Shown here: in pieces, positions 20,351-31,288 of the stretch
How the letters are laid out: the number at the start of each line of letters is the position of its first letter
Numbering within the stretch: position 1 is the first letter of the stretch
NCBI GenBank assembly: GCA_963713975.1
Contig: OY970218.1
Location: 2,144,001 to 2,208,000 of the forward strand
Reading direction: 5' to 3'
DNA: 64,000 nucleotides
Source of the DNA: an uncultured Chloroflexia bacterium
GTDB lineage: Bacteria; Chloroflexota; Limnocylindria; Limnocylindrales; CSP1-4
The notes under the pieces: generated by a model
Told to the model about the DNA's origin: nothing
What the model saw: the letters and a program-made list of their open reading frames with translations, nothing else
Database searches by the model: none
Program-made: the position numbers and the translations under genes

Positions 20351-21112
20351 TCAAGCGATCCCGCCGCCGTCCACGACGAGGATGGCGCCCGTGACCCAGG
20401 CGGCGGCGCCGGACGCCAAGTAGAGCACGGCCTGGGCGATGTCGTCCGGGGTGCCCAGGCGGGCGAGGGGTCGCTCGGCACCCTCCGCCAGGAACGACGC
20501 CTCGTCCTGGCCCAACTGGCGCGCCTCGTTGCGCAGCATCGGTGTGTCGGTGTCGCCCGGGCAGACGCAGTTGACGCGAATGCCGGCCGACCCGTGGTCG
20601 ATGGCCATGGCCTTGGTCATGTTCACCACGGCGCCCTTCGAGGCGCAGTAGCTCACGGCGTTGCCGCCGCCCTTGAGCCCCCAGCCCGACCCGATGTTGA
20701 CGATGGCACCCCCGCCGCCGGCAGCCATGACCGGGACGGCGTGCTTGCCCATCAGGAAGATCGAGCGGACGTTCACGGCCATGACGGCATCCCACTCCTC
20801 CTCGGTCGTGCCCACCACGTCGGCGCGGCGGATGATCCCGGCCGCGTTCACGACGACGTCGAGGCTCCCGAACGCGGAAGTCGCCGTCTCGACCAGGCGG
20901 CGGCAGTCGTCGCTCTTCGTCACGTCCGCCACGCCCGTGACCGCCGCGCCTCCGGCTGCAGCGATCTGCGCCACCGTTGCCGCGGCGCCGTCCCCGTCGC
21001 GGTCGGCGACGACGACCTTCGCGCCTTCCGCGGCCAGTCGGATCGCCGTCGCCCGGCCGATGCCGGACGCTGCCCCCGTCACGATCGCGGTCCGTCCATT
21101 CAGTGCATCCAT
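20351..21112 (-). CDS. SDR family oxidoreductase
   Basis: TGAASGIG, NAAG, YCASK and VNCVCPG. Confidence 0.92.
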   Translation of the reverse strand: MDALNGRTAIVTGAASGIGRATAIRLAAEGAKVVVADRDGDGAAATVAQIAAAGGAAVTGVADVTKSDDCRRLVETATSAFGSLDVVVNAAGIIRRADVVGTTEEEWDAVMAVNVRSIFLMGKHAVPVMAAGGGGAIVNIGSGWGLKGGGNAVSYCASKGAVVNMTKAMAIDHGSAGIRVNCVCPGDTDTPMLRNEARQLGQDEASFLAEGAERPLARLGTPDDIAQAVLYLASGAAAWVTGAILVVDGGGIA

Positions 21113-21149
21113 GCGTCCACCTGTGTCTCTCGGCCAGGCACGCCGGCCG

Positions 21150-22325
21150 TCATGCGGGGGCCACGGGCACAACCGCGCGCTCCCTGTATCCCGTTACCAC
21201 GGTCAGATAGCCGGCCAGCTCCCGGTCCAGCTCCGCGTCGCCCGTGTCCACCAGCAGGGGCCGGCTCCCGAGCTCGGCCAGCTTCCGCGATGTTGCCACC
21301 ACGACCAGGCCCGCTCGACCCACGGCGCGGATGACGTCGGGCGCGATCTGCTGGTTGCCCCGCCCGAAGAGGAACCCCTGTCCTCCGATTGGCGTGACGA
21401 TGATCGAGGCCTCCCGACCGTTGACCGCCGCGCGGAGCGCCTCGTCGCCGGCGTCCTGGGCGACGACGATCGCCTGGGCTGACGTCCCGTCGGCCCGAGC
21501 TGGAGCGGCCGCCTCGATCACGTCGACTCCCACCAGCGTCTTGGGAACGCCAAGCGCCTCGGCGACCGCGCGAACGGTGGTTCCCGGGCCCAGCACGTAG
21601 CGGCGTCCCGGCACGACCGAGGCGGCCACGTCCGCTGCGATCGCCGCCATCGAAACCGACTCGCCGGCGGGGGAGGGGGCCTTGCGCGCCTGCACCAGCC
21701 GGCCGACCGGGACGCGGAGCGTCCCATGGAGCTCTGCGTACAGGCCGGGCCCGTCGGCCAGGTCCGCAACCTCGCGCTCCGACGTGCGCCGGGCGCCGGA
21801 CCGGAGCCACGCGGCGGCGAGTCGGCCCGCCGCGGCCGGGCTGGTCGCGAACACGGCGGACTGGACCTTCACTCCGGTCGGGATGCCCAGCACGACCTGC
21901 GAGGTGCCCACCGCGGCGGTCACGTCCCGGGCGGTGCCATCGCCGCCGGCGAACAGGAGAAGGTCGACGCCCAGGTCACGCAGCACGACGGCCGCCGCCC
22001 GGGTGTCGGCAGCCGTCGTGGGACCCTCGTGCCGCTCGCCGACGACCCGGGCGTCGACCTCGGCCGTCCCGGCCGGGATCTCGCCCATCTGGCCGGATGC
22101 GACGAGTAGATCGGGGACCGGCACGCCGGCCGGCCACGCGTCGAGCAGCGCGGTCAGCGCCTCCGCCGCACGCTCGCCTGAGTGGGGCCGGGCCCCGAGC
22201 TCTCGGGCCCGTTCGGCCAGCCCCGGATCGTCGGTGCCCTTGAGGCCCACGGGACCGCCGAGCCCGGCGATCGGGTTGACGATGAGGGCCACGCGGGGGT
22301 GTCCGCCCCGCTGGTCGTCAGTCAT
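21150..22325 (-). CDS. ATP-NAD kinase-like (AcoX-related) protein
   Basis: IVNPIAGLGGPVGLKGTD, FAGGDGTARD, GIPTGVK and GGQGFLFGRGNQQI; start overlaps the gcvPB stop. Confidence 0.85.
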   Translation of the reverse strand: MTDDQRGGHPRVALIVNPIAGLGGPVGLKGTDDPGLAERARELGARPHSGERAAEALTALLDAWPAGVPVPDLLVASGQMGEIPAGTAEVDARVVGERHEGPTTAADTRAAAVVLRDLGVDLLLFAGGDGTARDVTAAVGTSQVVLGIPTGVKVQSAVFATSPAAAGRLAAAWLRSGARRTSEREVADLADGPGLYAELHGTLRVPVGRLVQARKAPSPAGESVSMAAIAADVAASVVPGRRYVLGPGTTVRAVAEALGVPKTLVGVDVIEAAAPARADGTSAQAIVVAQDAGDEALRAAVNGREASIIVTPIGGQGFLFGRGNQQIAPDVIRAVGRAGLVVVATSRKLAELGSRPLLVDTGDAELDRELAGYLTVVTGYRERAVVPVAPA

Positions 22326-23949
22326 CGGCCCCCGCGGTTGCGGCACCGGGGCGGACGTGCTTGCGCTGGTAGGCGCGCCAGGTGGGCGTCCAGCGGTCCG
22401 GGTCATCGAACCAGGAATGGTCGATCTGGTGGATGGTGCTGTTGTGGGGAGCCGTCCGCACGGTCTCCGGGTCCTCGTAGGCCTCGCTCGACACGGTTCG
22501 CAGCATCGCCACGTACTCGTCCAGGTCGGCCTGCGAGTAGGACTCCGTGGGCTCGAGCGTCATCGGCTCGGGCACGACGTACGGGTGATGGCTGGTCCAG
22601 TAGTGCATCCCGAAGTCCGCCGCCCGGATCCCCAGCTCCTCGCTGTGGATGCCGGTGTCGGACGCCAGCTGCTCCCAGCTGTAGCGGACCTGCTCGATGC
22701 GGCGATGGCCCTCGGCGTAGGGCGCAGCAACCCCCCTGACCGCCAGCACCTGCCGCAGCAGGTAGTTGTTGTTGAGGACGGCGACCTCGGCCGTCTCGCG
22801 GAGGCCATCGGCGCCCATGCTCATGATCCAGGCGTAGGCGCGGACGAGGTTGGGGGCGATCCCGTACCAGGGTCGGACCTTGCCGATCGAGAGCGGTCGG
22901 TCGTGATCGAGCCGGAAGCGGTCGCCGTCGCGCTCGACCGTGGGCCGGGGGAGGAACGGCGCCAGCTCCGAGCTGACGCCGCATGCGCCCGCGCCCGGGC
23001 CTCCCGAGCCATGTGGCGTCGAGAACGTCTTGTGCAGGTTGAAGTGGCACAGGTCGAAGCCGGCGTCACGGGCCCGGGTGATGCCCAGGATCCCGTTGGC
23101 GTTGGCCTGGTCGTAGGCGGCAAGGCCGCCGACCTCGTGGACCGCCTTCACGAACTCGTCGATCTCGGGGTTGTAGATCCCTGTGTCCTCCGGGTTCGTG
23201 ACCAGGATCGCCGCCGTGCGCTCGGAGAGGACGCTCTTGAGCGCGGCGAGCGTGGGTCTGCCGAGGAGCGGATCCGGCATCAGCGTGATGACCTTGAACC
23301 CGGCGGTCTTGGCGCAGGCCGCGTTGGAGGGGTGGCTGAACATGGTCGTGACGATCTCGTCGCGCTGCCCGGACTCGCCGCGCGCGACGTGGTAGGCGCG
23401 GATCATCGACACGTTGGCCCAGATCGCCGCCGAGCCCGAGGCGGGGTGCAGGGTGACCCGGTCCATGCCCGAGATCTCCTTGAGCGCCTGCTCGAGGCGC
23501 CACATGATCTCGAGGGTTCCCTGGACGGTGGACTCGTCCTGGGCCGGGTGGACATCGGCCTGCTTGTGGTTCCGGACCAGCTGGTCGTTGACCTTGGGCG
23601 AGTACTTCATCGTGCAGGTGCCCTGCCCGATGTCGATGTTGAGGTCGACCCCCAGGTTCTCCTGCGAGAGCCTCGCGTAGTGGCGCATGACGTGCACCTG
23701 TGCGAGCTCCGGCAGGGCCGCCGGCATCGCGCGGCGGACGCCGGCCGGCAGGGTGTCGGCAGGGTTGCCGACACGCGCCGTGATGGCGGCCTCGACCTCG
23801 GGCACCAGCAGGCCCCGGGCGCCCGGGGTGGACAGCTCGAAGATGACCGGCTCGTCCCAGCTCGCTTGGTGGAAGCGACGGGGCATGGGCTTGGGGGCGA
23901 TGGCGCCGTCGTTGGGGGCCGATGCCATGCCGGAATGGCTGTCGCTCAT
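22318..23949 (-). CDS. gcvPB: Glycine dehydrogenase subunit 2-like PLP protein (divergent)
   Basis: CTMKYSP, YDQANANG and HFNLHKTFSTPHGSGGPG (PLP Lys). Confidence 0.85.
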   Translation of the reverse strand: MSDSHSGMASAPNDGAIAPKPMPRRFHQASWDEPVIFELSTPGARGLLVPEVEAAITARVGNPADTLPAGVRRAMPAALPELAQVHVMRHYARLSQENLGVDLNIDIGQGTCTMKYSPKVNDQLVRNHKQADVHPAQDESTVQGTLEIMWRLEQALKEISGMDRVTLHPASGSAAIWANVSMIRAYHVARGESGQRDEIVTTMFSHPSNAACAKTAGFKVITLMPDPLLGRPTLAALKSVLSERTAAILVTNPEDTGIYNPEIDEFVKAVHEVGGLAAYDQANANGILGITRARDAGFDLCHFNLHKTFSTPHGSGGPGAGACGVSSELAPFLPRPTVERDGDRFRLDHDRPLSIGKVRPWYGIAPNLVRAYAWIMSMGADGLRETAEVAVLNNNYLLRQVLAVRGVAAPYAEGHRRIEQVRYSWEQLASDTGIHSEELGIRAADFGMHYWTSHHPYVVPEPMTLEPTESYSQADLDEYVAMLRTVSSEAYEDPETVRTAPHNSTIHQIDHSWFDDPDRWTPTWRAYQRKHVRPGAATAGADD

Positions 23950-25361
23950 CGGATGACCTCCCGGATGGTCTCGACGAGACCATCGATGTCCCGCTGCGTC
24001 CGCACCTCCGTGACGGCGATCAGCGCCGCCTGCCCGAGCTCCGGGAGCTCCCGAGAGAGGTCCTTGCCGCCGATGATCCCGTGCCCGAGGAGCGCTCCAT
24101 TGATCTCCGCGACGGTCCTGCCGGTGGCGCTGAAGTCCACGACGAACTCGTTGACGTGGTGCGACCCGAGGTGGGGGACGGACACGCCAGGCAGCTCCAC
24201 CAGGCGCTCCATGGCATACCGCGAGCGGGCCATCATCCGCTCGCCCAGGTCCCGCATGCCCTGCGGCCCCATCAGGGACAGGTAGACGCCCGCCGTGATG
24301 CCCCACAGGGCCGCGGCCGTGCCGACCCATTCCTTGCCGTCCTCGCGGATCGCGAACGAGGTTCGCTCGTAGGCCACGTCGCCGAACCCGTACTCGCCGG
24401 GGACCGTCGTGGGCGCGATGCCGAACAGGCGCGACGGGTACTCCAGCACGATCCTGGGATCGTCATGCGAGGCGATGAAGCCGGCGTGGCCGCCACCGAA
24501 ATGCTGGTGCATGCCCAGGGGCTGGATGTCGCCGCAGGCGATGTCCGCATCGAAGGTGGCGGGCGGGGCAAGCACCCCGAGGGTGGCCGGATTGACCGCC
24601 ACGACCGCGAGCGCGCCGATGCCGTGGGCCAGCTCGACGATCGTGCCCGGCTCCGTCTCCACGACGCCGAGGTACGAGGGCTGCTCGAAGTAGACGGCCG
24701 CGACCGTGTCGTCCAGCGCCGCGCGCAGGGCGACGAGATCCACGGTCCCCGTCGTCGGGTCGGCCGGAACCAGTTCGAGGTCGAGGTTGGGGCCGCTGTG
24801 GTCGCGATACTTGGACAGCTTGTCGCCGTCGATGGAGCCGGCCAGCAGGACCCGTCGCCGGCCGGTCACCCTCGCCGCCATGCCCAGGGCCGTCGCCCCG
24901 GCCTGGAAGCCGTCGTAGACCGGGACGTTGACGACGTCCATCTCGAGCAGCTCGCCCATCATCGAGACGTACTCGAACAGGGCCTGGAAGCGGCCGTGGT
25001 CCTCGTACGGCTCGCCAGCGTAGGCGGTCAGGAACTCGCCGCGGCCGTTGACCTCGTCGCACACCGCCGGGACGTGGTGGTCGTAGCAGCCGGCGCCGAG
25101 GAAGCTGACGGCATCGCGGGTCGACACGTTCCTGTTGAGGAGGCCCTCGACGTGCCGCACGAGCTCCGCCTCGGACGCCAGCGCCGGTGGCAGGTCGAGC
25201 GGGCGGCGCAGCCGGAGGCGCTCCGGGATATCTGCGTAGAGCTCCTCCACGCTCGCCGCGTCGACGGCCTCGAGCATCGTTGCCCTGACCCGGGGCTCGG
25301 AGTTCGGGATGTACGGGTGCACGACCGGCCCGGGTCGTACCGCAGCTCTGTGGTCGGTCAC
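23946..25361 (-). CDS. gcvPA: Glycine dehydrogenase subunit 1-like protein (divergent)
   Basis: HPYIPN, FLGAGCYDHHVP, RGEFLTAY, FQALFEY and NEFVV; GGAGG RBS. Confidence 0.85.
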   Translation of the reverse strand: MTDHRAAVRPGPVVHPYIPNSEPRVRATMLEAVDAASVEELYADIPERLRLRRPLDLPPALASEAELVRHVEGLLNRNVSTRDAVSFLGAGCYDHHVPAVCDEVNGRGEFLTAYAGEPYEDHGRFQALFEYVSMMGELLEMDVVNVPVYDGFQAGATALGMAARVTGRRRVLLAGSIDGDKLSKYRDHSGPNLDLELVPADPTTGTVDLVALRAALDDTVAAVYFEQPSYLGVVETEPGTIVELAHGIGALAVVAVNPATLGVLAPPATFDADIACGDIQPLGMHQHFGGGHAGFIASHDDPRIVLEYPSRLFGIAPTTVPGEYGFGDVAYERTSFAIREDGKEWVGTAAALWGITAGVYLSLMGPQGMRDLGERMMARSRYAMERLVELPGVSVPHLGSHHVNEFVVDFSATGRTVAEINGALLGHGIIGGKDLSRELPELGQAALIAVTEVRTQRDIDGLVETIREVIR

Positions 25362-25423
25362 GGTTCCTCCATGATTGGGTGTCCCAGCGCCCCCGGGGGC
25401 CGTGGTCGTTCGGTGGTGGAGCG

Positions 25424-26227
25424 TCAGGCCGTGCGGATCCAATCACGACTCGCGAGCCCGCCGGCGAGCTCGCCACCGTCGATCGGGATGGCCGTCCCCG
25501 TCAGGTAGGCACCCTCGTCGGAGGCGAGCCAGGCGAACAGCCCGGCGATCTCCTCCGGGCGCGCATGCCGGCCAATGGGGATCCTGGCGTCGGTGGCCGT
25601 GAGCATCTCGGGCGTGTATTCGGATTGCTGCATCGGGGTCATCACGTAGCCGGGACAGATGGCATTGACGCGCACGACGGGCGCGAGCTCCAGGGCCATC
25701 GAGCGGGCGAGCAGGATGACGCCGGCCTTGCTGGCGTTGTAGTCGGCATAGAAGGGGTGCCCCACGACACCGTTGGTCGACGCGGTCATGAGGACCACGC
25801 CGGACCCCTGCGCCACCATCCGGCGGGCGGCCTCCTGGGCACAGTTGAAGACACCGTCGAGGTTGACGGCCATGACCCGACGCCACTCCTCGGGTGTGAT
25901 GTCGAGGAAGTTGTGTCGGATGCTGATCCCGGCGTTGGCGACCAGCACATCGACACCGCCCAGGAGCCGGTCCACGGTCTCGAACGCAGCGTCCACGGAG
26001 GCACGGTCGGCGACGTCTGCGTTCACGATGCCCGCCAGACCGGACAGCTCGTCCCCGACCACGTCCAGCCGCGCACCGTCGCGGTCGAGCACGACGACCC
26101 GGGCGCCCTCGGCGACGAACCGCGCCGCGGTGGCCAGGCCGATGCCACTCGCGCCTCCGGTGACGACGACGCGGCGTCCTGCCAGGTCCGGGTGGCGGGC
26201 GATGGTGCCCGCGGAGCCAGTATTCAC
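25424..26227 (-). CDS. SDR family oxidoreductase
   Basis: TGGASGIG, NAGI, YNASK and VNAICPG. Confidence 0.92.
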   Translation of the reverse strand: MNTGSAGTIARHPDLAGRRVVVTGGASGIGLATAARFVAEGARVVVLDRDGARLDVVGDELSGLAGIVNADVADRASVDAAFETVDRLLGGVDVLVANAGISIRHNFLDITPEEWRRVMAVNLDGVFNCAQEAARRMVAQGSGVVLMTASTNGVVGHPFYADYNASKAGVILLARSMALELAPVVRVNAICPGYVMTPMQQSEYTPEMLTATDARIPIGRHARPEEIAGLFAWLASDEGAYLTGTAIPIDGGELAGGLASRDWIRTA

Positions 26228-27372
26228 GTGGAAGCCTCCTGCGGCTGATCGGGGTCCGTCGAGTCGCCGGCAGTCGGGGCCTTGCCGGCGCGCCGGCGCT
26301 CGCGTCGGCGGAGGAGCACCTCGTCCAGCTCGAGAAGGCCCAGGAGCCCGTTCGGGCGGCGGTACATCACGAGAATGATGGTCAATCCCAACGTGACCTC
26401 CTGGAGGCCGAAGATACCGTTGAGCGTGAAGTCGCCGATGGTGAGGCCGCTCAGCATGCCCTCCACGCGGCGCGCGATCTCCACGAGGACCGATACGAGA
26501 ACAGCGCCGCCGACCGCGCCGCTGACGGTTGACCGGCTTCCCACGACGAGCATCGCCAGGAGGGCAAACTGCAGCGTGAAGTAGAACTGCTTGGGTGAGA
26601 AGGCGGTTAGCGTGTGGCCGAGGAGGACGCCGGCGACGCCGACGACGAGGGCGCTCAGCAGCCAGGCAATGAGGCGGACGCTCGGGATGTTGATGCCCAT
26701 CGCGCGGGCGGCCATCTCGTCCTCGCGGGTTGCCCGGATTCGCAGGCCGACTGTTGACTCGCGGAACAAGCGCGCGATGAGGATCGCGAGCAGGGCGACC
26801 CCGAGGGCCACCCAGATCGTGACGACGGGCGGCACGCCGTAGAAGGTCTGGCTGCCCCGGGTGATGTCAGCCGCACCCACGAGCACCACGTAGACAATCA
26901 TCAGCATCGCCAACGTTGCGATTGGCGTGGCGGCCGCCGAGAGGCGGGACAGGGGAATGCCGAAGAGCAGGGCGACGAGCGCGACCACGACGAGCGCGAC
27001 GAGCGTCGCCAGGACCAGCGGCAGTTGGATGTCCCGCAGGAATGGCAGCAGGTTCGGCAGCGCCTGCGACTTGATGACCGGGTCCATGGTGAGGATGCCC
27101 GCGGCGTAGGCGCCTACCCCCATAAAGGCGACATGGCCGAAGGTGAGGATGCCGGTGTTGCCGCTGTAGATCCCGAAGCCCACGACCGCGATCAGCGAAA
27201 TCAGGAAGTTCTGGGTGACCTGCTGCTCGGTGGGACCCAGGAGCAGGACGACGATCGCCGTGAGCGCCACGAGCGGAGTCCCCAGCGTGGTAACGCCGGC
27301 GAGGGCACGGACCACTGGGCGGTCCATGGACAGGTCGCGTCCGGCGACACGGATCACGGCTGCGCTGGTCAT
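26224..27372 (-). CDS. Liv-type ABC transporter permease (LivM-like)
   Basis: GILTFGHVAFMGVGAY and GLRIRATREDEMAARAMGI. Confidence 0.9.
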   Translation of the reverse strand: MTSAAVIRVAGRDLSMDRPVVRALAGVTTLGTPLVALTAIVVLLLGPTEQQVTQNFLISLIAVVGFGIYSGNTGILTFGHVAFMGVGAYAAGILTMDPVIKSQALPNLLPFLRDIQLPLVLATLVALVVVALVALLFGIPLSRLSAAATPIATLAMLMIVYVVLVGAADITRGSQTFYGVPPVVTIWVALGVALLAILIARLFRESTVGLRIRATREDEMAARAMGINIPSVRLIAWLLSALVVGVAGVLLGHTLTAFSPKQFYFTLQFALLAMLVVGSRSTVSGAVGGAVLVSVLVEIARRVEGMLSGLTIGDFTLNGIFGLQEVTLGLTIILVMYRRPNGLLGLLELDEVLLRRRERRRAGKAPTAGDSTDPDQPQEAST

Positions 27373-28256
27373 ACGCGGTCCGTGACCTTCCCAAGGAGCC
27401 CCTGCGGCCGCCACAAGAGGATCACGATGACAATCGTCAGCGCGACTGCGTCTTTGAACGGCAGCGCGGATTGGGGGAGCCAAGCTTGGAGCATGACCTG
27501 GATGAAGCCGAGGACGAAGCCACCGAGCACGGCACCCGAGAGGCTGCCGAGCCCGCCCAGGACGGCGGCGATGAAGGCGTTGATCACCGGCGCAAGGCCC
27601 ATCATCGGCTCGACCGAACCGCGCTGGGCAACGTAGAGGAAGGCCGCAACCCCGGCCAGGAGGCCGGAGATCGCGAAGGCAGTCGCGATGACGGCATCGG
27701 CGCGGATACCCATGAGGCGGGCGACCGAGAAGTCCTGGGCGGCGGCCCGCATGCTGATTCCGAGCGTCGTCCGGCGAAGGAATAGCGTGATCAGCACCAG
27801 CGATACCAGCACGAGAACGATGGCGGTCAACTGGATCAGGCCGATGCCGACACCCAGGATTGGGACCTGCTGGCTCAGCTCGTCCGGCAGCTGGATGCCG
27901 CGCGGCCGCGGCGAGATGACGTTCTGGAAGGCGACCTGCAGGATGATGCTCACCGCGAAACTCGTGAGCAGCAGGGTGGCCCCGCTTGCCCCCCGTACCG
28001 GCCGGAACGCAATCCGCTCCATGGCGACGGCGGCCACCATCGCCGTGACGATCGCGGCGGCGAACACAAGGGGCAGCGGTGCGCCAAATGAGACCGTCGC
28101 GACCCACATGGCGTAGCCGCCGAGGGTCATGATCTCGCCGTGGGCGAAGTTGACCATGCCCATGATCGAGAACACGATGGCGAGCCCAAGGGCGAGCAGG
28201 GCGTAGATGCCGCCCAGCGCGATGGCGTTGACGATCTGTTGGACGAAGATGTCCAT
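27369..28256 (-). CDS. Liv-type ABC transporter permease (LivH-like)
   Basis: GGIYALLALGL...NFAHGE, GGLGSL.GA and RPQGLLG. Confidence 0.92.
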   Translation of the reverse strand: MDIFVQQIVNAIALGGIYALLALGLAIVFSIMGMVNFAHGEIMTLGGYAMWVATVSFGAPLPLVFAAAIVTAMVAAVAMERIAFRPVRGASGATLLLTSFAVSIILQVAFQNVISPRPRGIQLPDELSQQVPILGVGIGLIQLTAIVLVLVSLVLITLFLRRTTLGISMRAAAQDFSVARLMGIRADAVIATAFAISGLLAGVAAFLYVAQRGSVEPMMGLAPVINAFIAAVLGGLGSLSGAVLGGFVLGFIQVMLQAWLPQSALPFKDAVALTIVIVILLWRPQGLLGKVTDRV

Positions 28257-28975
28257 CAGTCAGCCCCGATGCCCAGATACGCGCGCTCGATGCCGCTCGA
28301 CGCGCGCAGTTCGGCGGCCGGCCCCTCGAGCTGCAGTTGGCCAGAGGCCAGCACATAGCCACGATCGGCGATCGAGAGCGTCAAGTCCACGTTCTGCTCC
28401 ACAAGCAGGATCGTCACGCCGTCCTTTCGTAACTCGAGGATCAGGTCGAAGATCAGATCGACGAACTTGGGTGCCAGGCCGAGCGACGGCTCGTCGAGGA
28501 GGAGGAGGCGCGGGCTCGACATCAGCGAGCGGGCGATGGCGAGCTGCTGCTGCTCGCCGCCCGAGAGCGTCCCGGCCGCCTGACGACGGCGCTCGGCGAG
28601 CACCGGGAACCGGGTGTAGGCCATGTCCCGGAGCTCGCCTGCCCTGGAGCGCTCCTTGAGGGGAATCCCGCCCAGGAGGAGGTTCTCGTCAACTGAGAGA
28701 GTGGCGAAGACGCGCCGGCCCTCCGGGGTCAGCGTCATGCCCATGCGCACGATGCGCTCAGGCCGCATGCCGACGATCTCCTGCCCGTCGAAGCGGACGC
28801 TGCCCTCAACGTGGGGCACAAGGCCCATGAGCGCGTTGAGCGTGCTCGACTTGCCGGCTCCGTTGGCGCCGAGGACGGCGACGATCTCGCCGGCCTCGAC
28901 GTGGAAGGAGAGGTCTCGGACGGCCCGGATCGCGTCGTACGCGACGGACAACCGTTCGACGGACAGGACCGCCAC
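28256..28975 (-). CDS. ABC ATP-binding protein (LivF-like)
   Basis: [27 protein letters not shown] and LLVEQN. Confidence 0.93.
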   Translation of the reverse strand: MAVLSVERLSVAYDAIRAVRDLSFHVEAGEIVAVLGANGAGKSSTLNALMGLVPHVEGSVRFDGQEIVGMRPERIVRMGMTLTPEGRRVFATLSVDENLLLGGIPLKERSRAGELRDMAYTRFPVLAERRRQAAGTLSGGEQQQLAIARSLMSSPRLLLLDEPSLGLAPKFVDLIFDLILELRKDGVTILLVEQNVDLTLSIADRGYVLASGQLQLEGPAAELRASSGIERAYLGIGAD

Positions 28976-28991
28976 GGTGATGGACTCCGGG

Positions 28992-30164
28992 CTAGGGGGC
29001 TGGGATGTCGGCCGCGGCCGGTTCTATGGTCTTGAGCAGTTCGAAGGAGCCGTCCTTGACGGTGACGAGGTAGACCGTCTTGAGCGGGATACGGTTCTCG
29101 CCCTTGTACGTGATCGCTCCGGTGGCGCCCTTCACGTTCTCCAGGTTGTTGATCGCGTCGCGGACCTTGGCCGGATCGACCGAGTCGGCGGCAATGACCG
29201 CGGCCTCGACGATCTTGACCAGGTCGTAGCCGGTGGCCGCGAAGACGCTGTCCGGCGGTGAGCCGTACTCCTTCTCGTAGGCGGCCCAGAAGTCGGCAGT
29301 GGGCGTGCCCGCGGCCGGGAAGCCGTGGGTGGTGAAGACGAGGCCCTCGACGGCGCTGCCGCCCGCGGACAGGGTGTCCTGGGAGTCCACACCATCGATC
29401 GAGATCACCGGGGTCGTGACCCCGGCCGCCCGGAGCTGCTTGATAAAGGTCGGAGCATCCGGCGGGTAGGCGGGCGTCATGATGACGTCTGGTGCCGGGG
29501 ACATGCCCTGGATCTTGGTGACCTCCGCCGTGAAGTCGGCCGCCCCGAGGGTGAATGAGCCACGGCCCGCGATGGTGCCGCCCTTGTCCTCGAACACCGT
29601 CGCGAAGTAGTCGCACGACTTGCTGGTGTAGGAGGAGTCGGGGGAGCAAAGCAGGTAGGCGTTCTTGTACCCGGTTTCGGCGGCGTAAGTCGCCAGCGCC
29701 GTCGCCTGGGTGTTGTCACCGAACACGCTCATGAACATGAAGTCGCCGACGGACGCCGGCAACGTCGGCGAGGTCGCCGCCGTGGACATCGTGGGGATGC
29801 CCGCCGTCTGAGCGATCTGGCCGGCCGCCGTGCACGGATCCGCGTCCGAGGTGCAGATGAGGAAGTTGACGTCCTTTGAGATGAGGTCCTGGGCGACCAC
29901 GGCACTCTGTGCGGCCTCGGACCGGTTGTCCTGGAGGTTCAGTTCGATCGGCCACTTGCCGGCGATGCCGCCGTTGGCATTGATCTCCTTGATCGCCAGC
30001 TGAACACCTTTGGACGCAGGGACGTCCGAGTAGGCAAGGCCGCCCGTCTGCGACGAGTCATAGCCGATCGAATACGTGTCGCCGCCGCCGCTGTCGCTGC
30101 CGCCGCAGGCCGCCACGGCCAGCATCACAGCTGCTGCAGCGCCGACCAACTTCCGTCCGTTCAT
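28992..30164 (-). CDS. ABC substrate-binding lipoprotein (LivJ/K family)
   Basis: Lipobox VAAC; EINANGGI; periplasmic binding protein type 1 pattern. Confidence 0.9.
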   Translation of the reverse strand: MNGRKLVGAAAAVMLAVAACGGSDSGGGDTYSIGYDSSQTGGLAYSDVPASKGVQLAIKEINANGGIAGKWPIELNLQDNRSEAAQSAVVAQDLISKDVNFLICTSDADPCTAAGQIAQTAGIPTMSTAATSPTLPASVGDFMFMSVFGDNTQATALATYAAETGYKNAYLLCSPDSSYTSKSCDYFATVFEDKGGTIAGRGSFTLGAADFTAEVTKIQGMSPAPDVIMTPAYPPDAPTFIKQLRAAGVTTPVISIDGVDSQDTLSAGGSAVEGLVFTTHGFPAAGTPTADFWAAYEKEYGSPPDSVFAATGYDLVKIVEAAVIAADSVDPAKVRDAINNLENVKGATGAITYKGENRIPLKTVYLVTVKDGSFELLKTIEPAAADIPAP

Positions 30165-30287
30165 GTTGCCCTCGCCCTCCTTCTTGACCTCTCGCGGCCC
30201 TTTCGGACTGCCGTCGGGAGCCGTCCCAGTCGGGGCATGCTCCTCGTGGCTGCTCGACCCGGCCCGTACGTCCGGTTTCCGCCGTCC

Positions 30288-31112
30288 CTACGCCGGTACC
30301 GCCCCCATGGGTGCGCCCGTCTCCGCCCTCCCATCGGTGCCGACCGCGCGGCGGCCGAGATAGGCCTCGCGCACCGCGGGGTCCTCGCCGATCTCGGCGA
30401 CGCTCCCCATGGCGATGCGGTTGCCCTCGTTGAGGACCACGATCCTGTCCACGAGCCGCATGATCAGCCGCAGGTCGTGCTCGACCACGAGGATGCCAAG
30501 GCCATGTTGGTGACGCAGGTCGCCGATGAGCTCGCGCAGGGCGTCCGACTCCGCCTCGTTGGCGCCCGCTGCCGGCTCGTCCAGCAGCAGGTATTGGGGG
30601 TTCGTGGCCAAGGCGCGCGCGATCTCAAGGCGACGGCGGACGCCGTACGGGAGTGTGTCGGCCCGGCGGTCCGCGACGTCGGAGAGGCCCATCTCCACGA
30701 GCATCGCCCGCGCCGCCCGTCGGAGGGCCGCCCCGCCCGGCCGGTTCGGGTGGAGCGCAGCCCCGACCTCGACGTTCTCGAGGACCGTGAGCTGCTTGAA
30801 CAGGCGGATGCTCTGGAAGGTGCGGGAGATGCCGAGTACCGCGATCCGGTGGGCCGGCGCGTGGGTGATGTCTTGCCCGTCGAGGTGGATCGTCCCGCCC
30901 GTGGGGATGAGCATGCCCGACAACACGTTCAACAGGGTCGTCTTGCCGGAGCCGTTGGGCCCGATCAGGCCGACGATCTCGCCTGGGACGAGGTCGATGT
31001 CGATTCCCTTGAGGGCGCGCAGCCCACTGAACTGCATCTCGATGCCGCGGGCGACGAGCGCGCGCGCCGAGCCCAGCTTGATTGGCGGCGAGGTGGACGG
31101 ATGGCTAGACAC
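30288..31112 (-). CDS. ABC ATP-binding protein (LivG-like)
   Basis: GPNGSGKTT, RTFQ, LPYG, LLLDEPAAG, VEHDL and EAYLG. Confidence 0.92.
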   Translation of the reverse strand: MSSHPSTSPPIKLGSARALVARGIEMQFSGLRALKGIDIDLVPGEIVGLIGPNGSGKTTLLNVLSGMLIPTGGTIHLDGQDITHAPAHRIAVLGISRTFQSIRLFKQLTVLENVEVGAALHPNRPGGAALRRAARAMLVEMGLSDVADRRADTLPYGVRRRLEIARALATNPQYLLLDEPAAGANEAESDALRELIGDLRHQHGLGILVVEHDLRLIMRLVDRIVVLNEGNRIAMGSVAEIGEDPAVREAYLGRRAVGTDGRAETGAPMGAVPA

Positions 31113-31172
31113 GGATCTCCACCACCATGGGCAGGAAACCTCGGGTTGCTTCAAGGGACACCCGGGCGCGTG

Positions 31173-31268
31173 CTTCGCTTTCGCAAGTCGTCCACCCAGT
31201 CCTTAGGCCTTGCTAGACTACACGAACCGGTCAAGACGAAAGCGCTCATTGGCAATCCGCAAGCGAAC
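31173..31268. promoter_or_regulatory. Divergent promoter region with candidate DeoR-family operator
   Basis: CGCTTTCG (31176-31183) and CGAAAGCG (31237-31244) are inverted copies flanking TAGACT at 31214. Confidence 0.4.
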
Positions 31269-31288
31269 GGCGCTCGAGAGGAACACAC

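Noticed and set aside
26224-28362. 712-aa permease as listed in the ORF track
   Set aside because: The N-terminal extension overlaps the LivH-like gene in another frame. The real start is about 27372.
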